From a virus (taxonomy: Duplodnaviria > Heunggongvirae > Uroviricota > Caudoviricetes): DNA of 64,000 nt. The notes below the pieces were generated by a model. It searched no databases. It was given only the letters and a program-made list of their open reading frames with translations, and was not told the origin of the DNA. The position numbers and the translations under genes were made by a program. This document shows, one piece after another, positions 45,305 to 54,883 of the stretch (positions are counted from its first letter, which is position 1; the number at the start of each line of letters is the position of its first letter). Location of the stretch: the IMG/VR virus record IMGVR_UViG_3300009702_000014, positions 62,445 through 126,444 of that record. One strand, 5' to 3'.

Positions 45305-45668
45305 AACCAGTCACCAACTTGTCATTTATCCAATGACGTTGTATATTTCTTGAAGGGGTAGGCACCAGTTCAAATACCTTGTCGTTTTCTTTCTCTGTTA
45401 CTTTTGTCACCCGCCAGATTGTAAGTTCTTCGCCAAATTGAAATGTGTCTCCGATATCCAACCATCGGAAATCATCCACATTAAAATATTGTACATGGAA
45501 ACTCTCTTCTAGCCCCCGTTCTTTGATTTCGTACTTAATAAATCTACGTAAATTTGAGTAGTGGACTCTATACTTATCCGCAATCTCACTCATATTAAGA
45601 TTGCCGTATAAATAATCCTGCATTATAGCCTCTGCGTGGGGACGTAATCTCTTAAACTTGCCTTTCAT
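45294..45668 (-). CDS. HTH-containing protein, N-terminal paralogue of the previous ORF
   Basis: MSEIADKYRVHYSNLRRFI. Confidence 0.35.
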   Translation of the reverse strand: MKGKFKRLRPHAEAIMQDYLYGNLNMSEIADKYRVHYSNLRRFIKYEIKERGLEESFHVQYFNVDDFRWLDIGDTFQFGEELTIWRVTKVTEKENDKVFELVPTPSRNIQRHWINDKLVTGYEA

Positions 45669-46491
45669 TCTGTAGTAAACTCCCTTGTGGTATAATGGAT
45701 TCTTTTAGTTGTAAGCCATCCACAACAGAACCGGACACAATAGAGTCAGTTAACACAGAGTTGATTATATTAGCATCGTTTACAAAAGAGCCAAATACCT
45801 TACTACCTGAAATAGTAACGTCCCCGGTGACAATACTGCCGGGGGCGATATAAGAATTCACAATTGTTGAATTTTCACTGATGTATGAGGGAGCACAAAT
45901 AGTACTATTCTGTACAGAAGAGGATAGTAATGCAGGAGCACCGTAAATGGTGTTACTTTCGTCTGCTTTAACCGTATTCAATGAAAGTTGCCCCACGAGT
46001 TGCTGATTAATCCTCAAATAGCTGGAAGGGGTTAATTGCCAAAAAGCGTCAAATCCCTCAAAGTCCTCGGGAGCAGGCATAGCCTGTTCTTTTTCTAAGT
46101 AGCCCCCAATGACTCCATTATTCTGATACAACTTTCCAGGGTTTTGTTTTAGAAAAGCAATATCCTCCTTAGAAAAATCTCCCACCATCACCGAAAATAA
46201 GCTCATAAGAAATACTAATTCATATTCTCTGCTTTGCTCGGCTTCAAGGGTCTGCGCTACGTTGGTATACAAAGAATATAGACTGATGTTACTAATATCA
46301 CTCCACCAGTCAGGTATATAGATTGTATGGCCCTCCCCTACCTGTGCGGCATTACGGAGAATTCCCATAGTCGCAAAGTTAAGGAGGTTCGTGCTAAGAA
46401 AAGGCACACGATAGTCCGGTTCCCCAAACAAATTATTTAATTCGTTGGGATTATCATAAATAAAAACCTTCATATGCAAATAGTATAACAC
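45652..46491 (-). CDS. protein with C-terminal left-handed beta-helix (hexapeptide-repeat) region
   Basis: repetitive [IVL]-x-x-S-x-[IV] hexads in the last ~100 aa. Confidence 0.35.
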   Translation of the reverse strand: MLYYLHMKVFIYDNPNELNNLFGEPDYRVPFLSTNLLNFATMGILRNAAQVGEGHTIYIPDWWSDISNISLYSLYTNVAQTLEAEQSREYELVFLMSLFSVMVGDFSKEDIAFLKQNPGKLYQNNGVIGGYLEKEQAMPAPEDFEGFDAFWQLTPSSYLRINQQLVGQLSLNTVKADESNTIYGAPALLSSSVQNSTICAPSYISENSTIVNSYIAPGSIVTGDVTISGSKVFGSFVNDANIINSVLTDSIVSGSVVDGLQLKESIIPQGSLLQNERQV

Positions 46492-46520
46492 ATGAAGGTC
46501 AGGGAGTCAATAATTTTTAA

Positions 46521-47162
46521 CTATTCTGGTAATTTTTGCAAAAAAGCCATCTTCCCATCATATAAAACGGAAGAATCTTCGTACAAGCGAATAGCCAGCT
46601 TCTTAGTGGTACCCTCTCTAATGGTGTTACGCAACACACGTTTAATTATCTCTGGTTTTAGAGTTAAGTTGCGTTCGGCGTAACCAATTACCCCCGCGTC
46701 AATGTAGTCTCTGTGCTGGATGATTTCATCATACTCGACCCATACGAGTTCTGCATCTCTATCAATAGATACATTTAATGGGGACGGGACTAGAGCATAA
46801 AAAGGAAACTCAGTATCATATCGACTCGTAATAGGCTTTATAAACCATTTTGCGAAGTTTTCAAATGTATAAAATAGCTGCCCTCTAAACACTAGTTCAA
46901 AATAGCTGTTAGGGTCCATTACAATCACGGCGTCATGTCCAGTTCGGGTGTTTTCATCTATTTCAATTTCACGCTTATTCATACTTAAATAGTTACGAGT
47001 TGCACTTCTGTAGTTGTCGTCGTTTATCACCAAGCCCCTATGCACCCAAGGCTCAAACAAATCCCGTTGGAATCTGTATAGCTCGCCTCTATCATCCCCG
47101 CTCTCCACACCTACGATTCTATAATGAGTAAGTACACCCGTTGTTATTGATTGAATTTCCAT
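46521..47162 (-). CDS. hypothetical protein
   Basis: 213-aa ORF. Confidence 0.45.
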   Translation of the reverse strand: MEIQSITTGVLTHYRIVGVESGDDRGELYRFQRDLFEPWVHRGLVINDDNYRSATRNYLSMNKREIEIDENTRTGHDAVIVMDPNSYFELVFRGQLFYTFENFAKWFIKPITSRYDTEFPFYALVPSPLNVSIDRDAELVWVEYDEIIQHRDYIDAGVIGYAERNLTLKPEIIKRVLRNTIREGTTKKLAIRLYEDSSVLYDGKMAFLQKLPE

Positions 47163-47164
47163 GT

Positions 47165-47710
47165 CTATATCCTTTCATATAGTTGAGCTACTTCGGAACT
47201 AAATTTACGTGTATTCAAAATGGGCCTCGTATCTAGTTTATGCCCCTCAAATGTCTTAATGCCCTCTTTGATTCCCTCTAAAAACTCTGCATTGTTTACA
47301 AGATATTTGTCTGGTAAGTGTTTATCTTCTCCCTTGCCGAATTCTGACAGAAGCTCCGCGAGAGGCTTACTATAACAAATAGCCTGATAAACCCCCTTAC
47401 TGCTCCGACGTAAAGAAAGGTCCAGAGCAAATGATTCTTTCATATAACCCTGGAGCTTACCAAAGTATTCTATTTTATCAACGGGGATGTACCAACGCAC
47501 GGAGCCGCGCTTAGAATGCTTGTATGTGACGAGACTGGCATTCCCTATAGCCAAAAATGAGCCAAACACAAAACCTAGAGCATAATTTGAATGTATAAAT
47601 ATACGTAAATATGTATCTTTACCAGTTATGAGGTATTCTCCATCCACAGTAGCCCTCTGAACATAATGCGCCATATTAAGTGTGAAGCCCTTTTTATTCA
47701 TCGAATCCAA
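47165..47710 (-). CDS. hypothetical protein
   Basis: 181-aa ORF. Confidence 0.4.
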   Translation of the reverse strand: MDSMNKKGFTLNMAHYVQRATVDGEYLITGKDTYLRIFIHSNYALGFVFGSFLAIGNASLVTYKHSKRGSVRWYIPVDKIEYFGKLQGYMKESFALDLSLRRSSKGVYQAICYSKPLAELLSEFGKGEDKHLPDKYLVNNAEFLEGIKEGIKTFEGHKLDTRPILNTRKFSSEVAQLYERI

Positions 47711-48737
47711 TCATATCAGACGGTTTTATATTTTCAAGACGTGTCTGCGCTTCTCTATCCTCCTCAGACACCCTAAAAAACTCTACTTGGCTCTGAAATT
47801 CTGGTAAATCGAGGGCATCGACATAAGCCATAGCACTTCTCAAACCATCGCTTAATTCCTGCATGATATCTTTCACGGACTTGTCCTCATAAGGGACATA
47901 CCCTGAAACACCTTCGACATAGGAGTTGATTTTCTTCTCTTCGGCAGAGGCCATTCCTCGATAAGGTTTATACCATCGTCCTTGAATTTTCACAGGTTCC
48001 CAAGGTGTTTCTTTCGCCCCCGCAAATAGCCGCCCTAACATCACCGCATCGGCCCCAAGAGCTACTGCCTTTACGAAATCTCCGACATTCTTAACGCCAC
48101 CATCAGATATTATCGGCTTGTCATGCCAACGTGTCGCTTCTTGGATAAGCCATCCCTGTGGCGCTCCTACACCGGTTACAAGCCTCGTGGTACAACCTGA
48201 ACCGCTGCCAATACCAAACTTATAAATTAATTCACCCTTCAAATCACGTCGTTGAAGAACACCAGGGTTTCCAAAGTTGCCAAGGATAAGAGGATACTTT
48301 CCTTGCCAATCAATATCCTCAATAATAGAACCATTAGCTATATCAATAGAGATAAAAGCTTCGGTATCTTCCAGGGTAGCTTGATGCACTTGAAATTCTT
48401 GGTAACTAACGGCAATACCGAATTCTATACCGGAATCCGGCAGTACTTGTGACGCTGCAAGGCGTTCATGAAGTGTGGAACCCCGGCTAAGGACATGAAG
48501 GCCGCCAGCCGCGTACATAGCTTCTGCAAAGCCCCAAAAAATGTCGTTGCTATCAGTATCCGAAGTATCAAAAAGGGACATACTTGCGGATAAAACCGGC
48601 ATAGGCAATTCTATATCATAGAAAGCAGTCGTTGTATCCACCATAGCCCGAGATTTTACACGAGACTTAGACTTGGGTTTTATCAATATATTGTCAAAGG
48701 TAAATGTTTCTGTCATTAAACGTCTTTCTGAGGACAT
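47694..48737 (-). CDS. GMP reductase / IMP dehydrogenase-family (TIM-barrel, catalytic Cys) enzyme
   Basis: GIGSGSGCTTRLVTGVGAPQ and ISDGGVKNVGDFVKAVALGADAVMLGRLFAG; 347 aa as in GuaC. Confidence 0.7.
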   Translation of the reverse strand: MSSERRLMTETFTFDNILIKPKSKSRVKSRAMVDTTTAFYDIELPMPVLSASMSLFDTSDTDSNDIFWGFAEAMYAAGGLHVLSRGSTLHERLAASQVLPDSGIEFGIAVSYQEFQVHQATLEDTEAFISIDIANGSIIEDIDWQGKYPLILGNFGNPGVLQRRDLKGELIYKFGIGSGSGCTTRLVTGVGAPQGWLIQEATRWHDKPIISDGGVKNVGDFVKAVALGADAVMLGRLFAGAKETPWEPVKIQGRWYKPYRGMASAEEKKINSYVEGVSGYVPYEDKSVKDIMQELSDGLRSAMAYVDALDLPEFQSQVEFFRVSEEDREAQTRLENIKPSDMIGFDE

Positions 48738-48768
48738 TTTCTAATTGCCCACAAATTACAGGGTGAGG

Positions 48769-48779
48769 ATTGAGACAGT
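48769..48779 (-). promoter_or_regulatory. CTCACCC-variant of recurrent motif (minus strand AATCCTCACCCT), about 35 nt upstream of the GuaC-like gene
   Basis: plus strand reads AGGGTGAGGATT, as at 6652 and 24299. Confidence 0.3.
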
Positions 48780-48839
48780 CTTTACTACACATATGTAAGT
48801 ACACTTTTAAACCATTGTAACATGGAATGTGTAAACTGT

Positions 48840-49319
48840 CTACTGCTTAATAACAACTGAATTGCTAAAAATCGACTGATTTGGAACTAGAATCCTCTGT
48901 CCGTCTGTAGTTAACTCGGTGTAACGTAAGCTGATGGAGGCTACAATGCCCGATTGCCCCGCAACGGAGATATTGTCTCCTATATTAAAGGGATGATACA
49001 AGAGAATCATGGCACCAGCGACGATATTAGAAAGTAAGTCCTTGAGCGCAAAGCCAAGAGCAAACCCCCCAAGACCCAAACCTGTGACAAGTGTACCCAC
49101 ATGGATACCAAGCTGAGTTAGCCCGTATAAAGCTATTATTAACCAAAAAGCAACATTTAAGGACTGTAACACAAGCCCCTGTAAACCGGTATGCACCTTA
49201 CGTTTACGAAATCTCCTAGCCAAAACCATTCTCATTACAAATATAGCGCTGGCAAAGATAACTACCAGAAAATCAACTATCACATGTGACGCCATATCAA
49301 AACCTCTAAGTCGTACCAT
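48840..49319 (-). CDS. MscS-like mechanosensitive channel domain protein
   Basis: TM helices then LKDLLSNIVAGAMILLYHPFNIGDNISVAGQSGIVASISLRYTEL. Confidence 0.5.
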   Translation of the reverse strand: MVRLRGFDMASHVIVDFLVVIFASAIFVMRMVLARRFRKRKVHTGLQGLVLQSLNVAFWLIIALYGLTQLGIHVGTLVTGLGLGGFALGFALKDLLSNIVAGAMILLYHPFNIGDNISVAGQSGIVASISLRYTELTTDGQRILVPNQSIFSNSVVIKQ

Positions 49320-50215
49320 TCTACCAGGCGACTATGAACCAAAGGTGTGAGGTCTACCAGGAGAGCTTGCACGTGGGGCTGGCGCTCATTAGGTTTACCT
49401 TTTGTATATACGGTACGTAGGTACCTATATGCTCCCATAGCTGTAACTACAGGGTTACTATTTTCCATAGCAGATTCAAGAGCGTCCAATGCCCCCTGCA
49501 TATCCTTCTTCAAAAGGGAGCGGGGAAAGTTCTCGTTCGATTCCTGCTCGGCTTCGTAACTACCAATGATACTCTGAAAGGTTTCAGAAGAGATAAAACC
49601 TTTCTCATTAGCCGCCGGGATTAGCTTTTCCAAAACAGAGTAAACGACACGCAGGGAACCCTCTGCCTGTTCGATAACAGGCCAGAAGTCCTTCGTACTT
49701 TCGAATTCGATACCATACTTCTCTTTGACCCTGTTAACGGCTTCTCCGACCTGTGCATTCGTAGCAGGGCGCGTCTCATACACAACACAACGGCTCTGAA
49801 TTGTTTTCATGAGCTTCTTTGGCTCATTGGTCACAAGAATGAAGTGAACATTATTATTGGAGTCCTCAAGCGTCTTGAGGAGTGCGCTTTGTGCGGGCTG
49901 AGAAAGCTTATGGGCCTCGTCCAGAATAAAAACTTTCTTTGCTGAAAACAAAGAAGAGTGAGTCGCCGATTCCACTAATTGTCTAATATTTTCTACACTA
50001 CCCTCGCTACCACAGTCAATCTCAGTAACGTCAGCATGTAGCTCATTTGCGATGATTTTGGCAAAGCTCGTCTTTCCTGAGCCGTATATCCCTGTAAACA
50101 TCAAGGATTGGCTCAGCGTGCCATCCTCAAGTTGCTTGCGAAGAGGAGTTACAATATGTTCATTTCCGATTACCTCATCGAGAGTTTTTGGGCGCATTGT
50201 TTCGGCTAAATTCAT
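49280..50215 (-). CDS. AAA+ clamp-loader ATPase (gp44/DnaX-like)
   Basis: Walker A GIYGSGKTSFAKI, Walker B FILDEAH, SRC motif TIQSRCVVYE. Confidence 0.7.
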   Translation of the reverse strand: MNLAETMRPKTLDEVIGNEHIVTPLRKQLEDGTLSQSLMFTGIYGSGKTSFAKIIANELHADVTEIDCGSEGSVENIRQLVESATHSSLFSAKKVFILDEAHKLSQPAQSALLKTLEDSNNNVHFILVTNEPKKLMKTIQSRCVVYETRPATNAQVGEAVNRVKEKYGIEFESTKDFWPVIEQAEGSLRVVYSVLEKLIPAANEKGFISSETFQSIIGSYEAEQESNENFPRSLLKKDMQGALDALESAMENSNPVVTAMGAYRYLRTVYTKGKPNERQPHVQALLVDLTPLVHSRLVEWYDLEVLIWRHM

Positions 50216-50268
50216 TTATGAAACCTTTCGACAAAGAAAAATCATGCTCATAGTATACAGGCATGATT

Positions 50269-50283
50269 GATGAGAAAGATTAA
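50269..50283 (-). promoter_or_regulatory. copy of recurrent motif (minus strand TTAATCTTTCTCATC) upstream of the clamp-loader gene
   Basis: plus strand reads GATGAGAAAGATTAA. Confidence 0.4.
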
Positions 50284-50471
50284 AAGGTGTAGCCATCATT
50301 GCCAAATGTGTATTCCCCGGCCGTTTTGTTTTCAATATACCATGCTGCCGGTGAGACAGGTGAGACGGGCAACGGGGCCGTAGGGGGTGTAAACGTTCCT
50401 ACTGCGGATTGGTCGGGGGCCGGAACAAAGTAGGCATCCGTTACATTCCCATCATTTATGTAGAAATCCAG

Positions 50472-50768
50472 CTAATAAGAGGCTTCTTGAGGATTAAAAA
50501 CTGCCTGATAGATTTTATTCCCCCCGGTTATAGTATATGTCCATACCACCGTGATGTCGATTCTACCATAACTGCCAAACTGAGGATGCGTTCCCAGCTT
50601 CGGCGGCAGCAGCTTATCCTTGTCCTTGTAGAAATACTCGATACGAGGAAAAACTGAGTTTATTCCCGTTCCGGGTGTTTGTGGTATATCATAATTTACT
50701 TTCATTAAAATGTATTCCCCGAGGAGCCGAACTGGTAAGCACTTGAAAGAAGGACTTTCTTCATCCAA
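50472..50768 (-). CDS. hypothetical protein sharing a C-terminal module with the next ORF
   Basis: SYGRIDITVVWTYT parallels TYGTIEIRIQWEYP in the next ORF. Confidence 0.4.
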   Translation of the reverse strand: MDEESPSFKCLPVRLLGEYILMKVNYDIPQTPGTGINSVFPRIEYFYKDKDKLLPPKLGTHPQFGSYGRIDITVVWTYTITGGNKIYQAVFNPQEASY

Positions 50769-51757
50769 TCATCTTCTGGTGGGGCACCTACATAAGCATT
50801 TAGGTTAGGCATAATGAATGTGCCTGTAGAATGCTGGTCCGGGGCTGGGTAGAAAATCACCCCATCAATATCTGGACGATTCTTGTAGTAGTTCAGCCAC
50901 CAGCTTGCCTCTTCTGTATTTCTAATTGCCTGGTATAGATAATTAGGCAATGCATATGGATATTCCCATTGAATGCGTATCTCTATTGTACCATATGTTC
51001 CGAATATCTTACGAGAATTAAAACGTGGAATATTTCTTTCAAGGTAATTGCCCCAATATTGGGCTAAATCGGGGGGAATAAGAGACTCAAAAGTGGCAAC
51101 ATGGATATCAGTACCCGTAAATATATTCTGACTTTCTCCCTCGCCACTAGCTGACGAAAGAACAATGACAAAAGGAGAGAAACTTGCCAAATTTTCGCCT
51201 AAGGATGATGCGCTCGCCATTACTATATTTGTCGGGGCAGTAATACCAACGCCTTCTCCTTTGGAAGTAAAAATTCCATGCCAGATTTGACTAAGTATTG
51301 CAGTGCCAGCGCCTTCTCCTGCGCCAATGAAAGCACTTGGAACTATTAGGTATGCTGTGGCTGCACCCGTACCGTTGCCGTCTCCAGTAAATGTGCTGGG
51401 GGTAATAAGAAAAGCATTAACTATTCCCTCCCCGTCTCCTGCTCCCGCTACCGAAGAAACAACCACATTCAGACCTATGGCTGTTCCTTTTCCTTCTCCT
51501 TGGGCCGTAAAAATACCTGGAGTAATTAGGTATGCGGTTGAAGAAGCATCCCCCTCCCCTTGAGAAGAAAAATCAGACAAAACTGTATTAGAACCTATAG
51601 AGGAACCACTGCCTTCGCCCGTGCCCGACAAAATAGCAAAAGTAATATTGTAGGCGGTTAAACCACCATTCCCTTCTCCTTGGGCATTGAAAATCCCAAG
51701 AACAGTGGTCCCTCCTATATTCAAAGCACTAGAAAATGCTGAGGTAAATGCGCCCAT
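50705..51757 (-). CDS. repeat-rich fibre-like structural protein
   Basis: about 9 tandem ~19-aa repeats of form [IL]xxxxFxxxGEGxGxxxAY; C-terminal WLNYYK module. Confidence 0.5.
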   Translation of the reverse strand: MGAFTSAFSSALNIGGTTVLGIFNAQGEGNGGLTAYNITFAILSGTGEGSGSSIGSNTVLSDFSSQGEGDASSTAYLITPGIFTAQGEGKGTAIGLNVVVSSVAGAGDGEGIVNAFLITPSTFTGDGNGTGAATAYLIVPSAFIGAGEGAGTAILSQIWHGIFTSKGEGVGITAPTNIVMASASSLGENLASFSPFVIVLSSASGEGESQNIFTGTDIHVATFESLIPPDLAQYWGNYLERNIPRFNSRKIFGTYGTIEIRIQWEYPYALPNYLYQAIRNTEEASWWLNYYKNRPDIDGVIFYPAPDQHSTGTFIMPNLNAYVGAPPEDDWMKKVLLSSAYQFGSSGNTF

Positions 51758-51871
51758 TGATTCTCCTTATAAGGACAAGGCTCCTACCGCTTTGGGATGC
51801 GCTCCGCATCTTAGCGTCGGGTGCCGACCGAGGCTGGCTATCCACCTGGCGAGTGCGCTCATGCTTGTCTC

Positions 51872-52636
51872 CTATGGGGTAGAGAAGGTGGACCGCGCCC
51901 AGGCGAGCATGTTCGCTCGCTGAGCCCCGCTGAGCAGGCTGTCGATGATGAACAACGCCTTGACGACCCCCGTAGTATAGGAAGTATTAATGCGACTTGC
52001 CATAAGCCTCCCCCCTATAGTGGATACGGTTGTTGTAGCACCAACGGAAGTAGGAGCTGAATCGACGCCATCGAGGCTCACAATCACATTGACAGACCTT
52101 GAATAGCGTGCTCCGATTAGGTGTAGCCCAACTGGGCTAGTGCTGAGCGTAGCGGTCTTGTCGCTGCCGTCGGACACAATAGCCTGCACATTCCCGGTGG
52201 ACGCATTGGTTACGACACGAACATAGCCGCCTGCGCCGTTGAGTTCGAAGGCGCGCTGGTTATCCGAAGTGCCAGAGAGGTCAAGAACTATCATCATCTC
52301 AAAGGTGGCGGTATCAACAATCTCGCCAAGGACGTTGCCAATGTCCATGCTCGCAGCGCCGCCGAAGTAGACGCCCTTGTTGGCCGTCTGCAAGATTGCC
52401 GAACCAGCAGAGCTTGAAGCGAATACGCCGGGATGTTGGTCGATGAGTTTCGTGACAGTCTCAGCATCGGTAGCGGGCGCGTTACTGCTATTCAGGCTCT
52501 CGTTTCCGCTGTCGGCACCATACCACCACGCGAATTTCCAGGGAATGTCTAGCGGAGGAACCGCAGCGCCCCCGCCGGGGGCATTCGTCGGTATCACGAT
52601 GAGCGGCATCAGGCCAGTGCTCCCGTCAACAGCCAC
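51872..52636 (-). CDS. Ala/Gly/Ser/Thr-rich structural (fibre-like) protein
   Basis: 254-aa ORF with low-complexity beta-rich composition. Confidence 0.45.
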   Translation of the reverse strand: MAVDGSTGLMPLIVIPTNAPGGGAAVPPLDIPWKFAWWYGADSGNESLNSSNAPATDAETVTKLIDQHPGVFASSSAGSAILQTANKGVYFGGAASMDIGNVLGEIVDTATFEMMIVLDLSGTSDNQRAFELNGAGGYVRVVTNASTGNVQAIVSDGSDKTATLSTSPVGLHLIGARYSRSVNVIVSLDGVDSAPTSVGATTTVSTIGGRLMASRINTSYTTGVVKALFIIDSLLSGAQRANMLAWARSTFSTP

Positions 52637-54156
52637 GTGTCCGTAGCGAGCTTCGTCAGGCTGACTGGCAAATTCTGCGCTGAGATGCTGAGCAAGCTGC
52701 TATAACTCTTGATGGTGACACCCGCCCCAGCCGCAACCGTGACCTTGCCCGCACCGAGTTGCGCTAGTGCGATAGTCGTGCCTACCGGGAACGCCACGCT
52801 GGTGCTCGGAGGAACCGTGAGCGTGATAGCGGCGGCGTTGTCAAGCGTGACCATGCCCTCCGCGTCGGTCAATGCCAGTGTGTACGTGGTCCCTGTCTGC
52901 GCATTGATGTTGATGCCCGAGCGGTTGTCGATTCCAAGCGTTAGGTAATCAGTGATATCCTCAAGCTCATTGCCCCAGGCGGCGTAGTAGTCACCTGCCA
53001 CAGTCGCGTTAGGATAAAGCTGTACGCCTAGAGTGCTGCTACCCGTGTCAACATTCATTGGAAGGACAAAAGCGAATTCCTGCCACCCATCGGCCACGAG
53101 AAGGTTGATGTAGGCGGTGTAACGCGACGTTCCAACTCCGGTATCCGCAATCTGCACAACAAGCGTGCAGGCTTGCTTCGCTTTAAGCCACACTTTCCAA
53201 CGCCACACTCGACCGGCGTATTGGATGCCTGTGTTGTAGTAGACTGCTCGCCCGGTCGAGCCGGTAATGCCCATAGTATCGGCATCTGTAGCAGTTCCGA
53301 ATGGGTTGAGGTCAGTATTAGCTGTGACGGTCGCATTGGTCTGTTTCGTCCAGGCTGTGAAGTCATTCTGGGCAACGGAGGGGAACTGATTGGCAATAGA
53401 CGGTTTGGATACAGCTCCGCCACGTTCCAGCCATATTTCAGAATAAATTTCTATTTCTCCATCAGCAGAAGTTGACACACCAAGCCCGTTGGTGGTTTTC
53501 GCCGCCGTAGCGAAATATTGCAACTCAAGCGTGGTCGCGGTCGAAAGTGTGATAACTCCTTCAAGAACTACATCAACGCTTGCCGCCCCACTGTCACCAT
53601 ACTGCTGCCCACTGACTAGCAAGACCGCGCTGTTGGTTACATCATAGAGTCTAGTCTTAAAGAAAGTTGGACCTGCCTGGTAAAAAGGTGAGCGGGCGGT
53701 TACTCGGTAAGTACCTGACGGAACAGTAATCTGATTTGATGCAAGAGAGGCACCCCCAGTATCATCATTCTTAATTATGTTGAGAGTACGTGCGAGCCAA
53801 GTAGACGCGGTAGACGCACCGCCGTTTGTACCGCTTGGCTGTTCTTCTCGTGCGTAGATAACGTCTATCGAAGAAGTACCAGCAGGTGCAGGCCATCTTA
53901 ATACCCATACCGCAGCACTAGCAGTATTATCTTCACACTGATAAAGCGTAGTGGGAGTTACAGTGGTATTAATCCAAAAATCCCCAACATTATACCCAAG
54001 ACTGGAATCATCTGTTGTAGTTGGGGCCACTGTATCTGCGTGAACCGGGAAACTTTTTACAATAGAACGAATTTCGGGAGCATCAATTAATCCCGAGGTA
54101 TTATTAGGCAATTGTGATATTAAGTCAGCAATTGTGCTTCTAGAGTCGGCTGGCAT
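52609..54156 (-). CDS. large Thr/Ser/Ala-rich structural (tail-fibre-like) protein
   Basis: 515-aa ORF; composition typical of phage fibres/adhesins. Confidence 0.5.
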   Translation of the reverse strand: MPADSRSTIADLISQLPNNTSGLIDAPEIRSIVKSFPVHADTVAPTTTDDSSLGYNVGDFWINTTVTPTTLYQCEDNTASAAVWVLRWPAPAGTSSIDVIYAREEQPSGTNGGASTASTWLARTLNIIKNDDTGGASLASNQITVPSGTYRVTARSPFYQAGPTFFKTRLYDVTNSAVLLVSGQQYGDSGAASVDVVLEGVITLSTATTLELQYFATAAKTTNGLGVSTSADGEIEIYSEIWLERGGAVSKPSIANQFPSVAQNDFTAWTKQTNATVTANTDLNPFGTATDADTMGITGSTGRAVYYNTGIQYAGRVWRWKVWLKAKQACTLVVQIADTGVGTSRYTAYINLLVADGWQEFAFVLPMNVDTGSSTLGVQLYPNATVAGDYYAAWGNELEDITDYLTLGIDNRSGININAQTGTTYTLALTDAEGMVTLDNAAAITLTVPPSTSVAFPVGTTIALAQLGAGKVTVAAGAGVTIKSYSSLLSISAQNLPVSLTKLATDTWLLTGALA

Positions 54157-54169
54157 TATTTAAACTCCA

Positions 54170-54568
54170 CTAAACTTCGGTAAAGGTAATGTTTCCAACA
54201 GCAATCTGAAATGTGTCTCCAGCGTTTGTAGTCTTAGACACGGAAATAGCAGCACGGAAGAGGAAATTTCCTGACGTAGCCGCATCCCATGCCCCAGCAT
54301 ATAGAACGGTTGTGGCTGGCATGTTGGTAAATGAAATGACAGATGTATTACTTATGGAGCCCGCTGTTGAAGCTGTCGCAAATGTTCCGGCTTGGCGTGC
54401 ATAACTACCCCCTACTACTTCATTAGCTCCTGTTAATCCTGGGTCAGCAGTATGAAGACTTATATATGGGGTTATTGTGCTCGCTGTTGCAGCCCCAAGG
54501 GCCGTCCCTCCATTAAAAACTGCATTCAAAATAGCGTTTCTTAAATAAGTGCTTGTATCTTGTGCCAT
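54170..54568 (-). CDS. Ala/Thr/Gly-rich structural protein
   Basis: 132-aa ORF. Confidence 0.4.
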   Translation of the reverse strand: MAQDTSTYLRNAILNAVFNGGTALGAATASTITPYISLHTADPGLTGANEVVGGSYARQAGTFATASTAGSISNTSVISFTNMPATTVLYAGAWDAATSGNFLFRAAISVSKTTNAGDTFQIAVGNITFTEV

Positions 54569-54580
54569 TAGGTTCTCCTA

Positions 54581-54862
54581 TTATGTTTCCCCTCTTGGTA
54601 TAAACCACGCATCTTGATAGAGCGGGACGGGCTGGAAGTTATTGTATTCCGTCTGAGTCTTATAATAATTTAACCAATAAGCGGCATCCGAGTAGGTATC
54701 CACCGGATGATATAGTTTACCAGCAAATCGTGGAGTTTCCAAGGAAAGCTTGTAGGTATATACAACTACACCTACAGCTCCCATCGTCATATGGGTGTCT
54801 CGTTTAGGGGCGGTTCTTGTGTCCCTATCCTGGTCGCCCACAGGATATTTCCAGAGAGCCAT
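54581..54862 (-). CDS. hypothetical protein with WLNYYK module shared with 50705..51757
   Basis: AAYWLNYYKTQTEYNNF parallels ASWWLNYYKNRPDIDG. Confidence 0.4.
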   Translation of the reverse strand: MALWKYPVGDQDRDTRTAPKRDTHMTMGAVGVVVYTYKLSLETPRFAGKLYHPVDTYSDAAYWLNYYKTQTEYNNFQPVPLYQDAWFIPRGET

Positions 54863-54883
54863 ATATAGTCTCCTTATGTTGGT

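Noticed and set aside
47165-47710. Degenerate LAGLIDADG endonuclease in ORF 47165..47710 (YALGFVFGSFLAIGNAS)
   Set aside because: There is only one weak LAGLIDADG-like stretch, lacking the acidic residues and with no second motif. Insufficient evidence.
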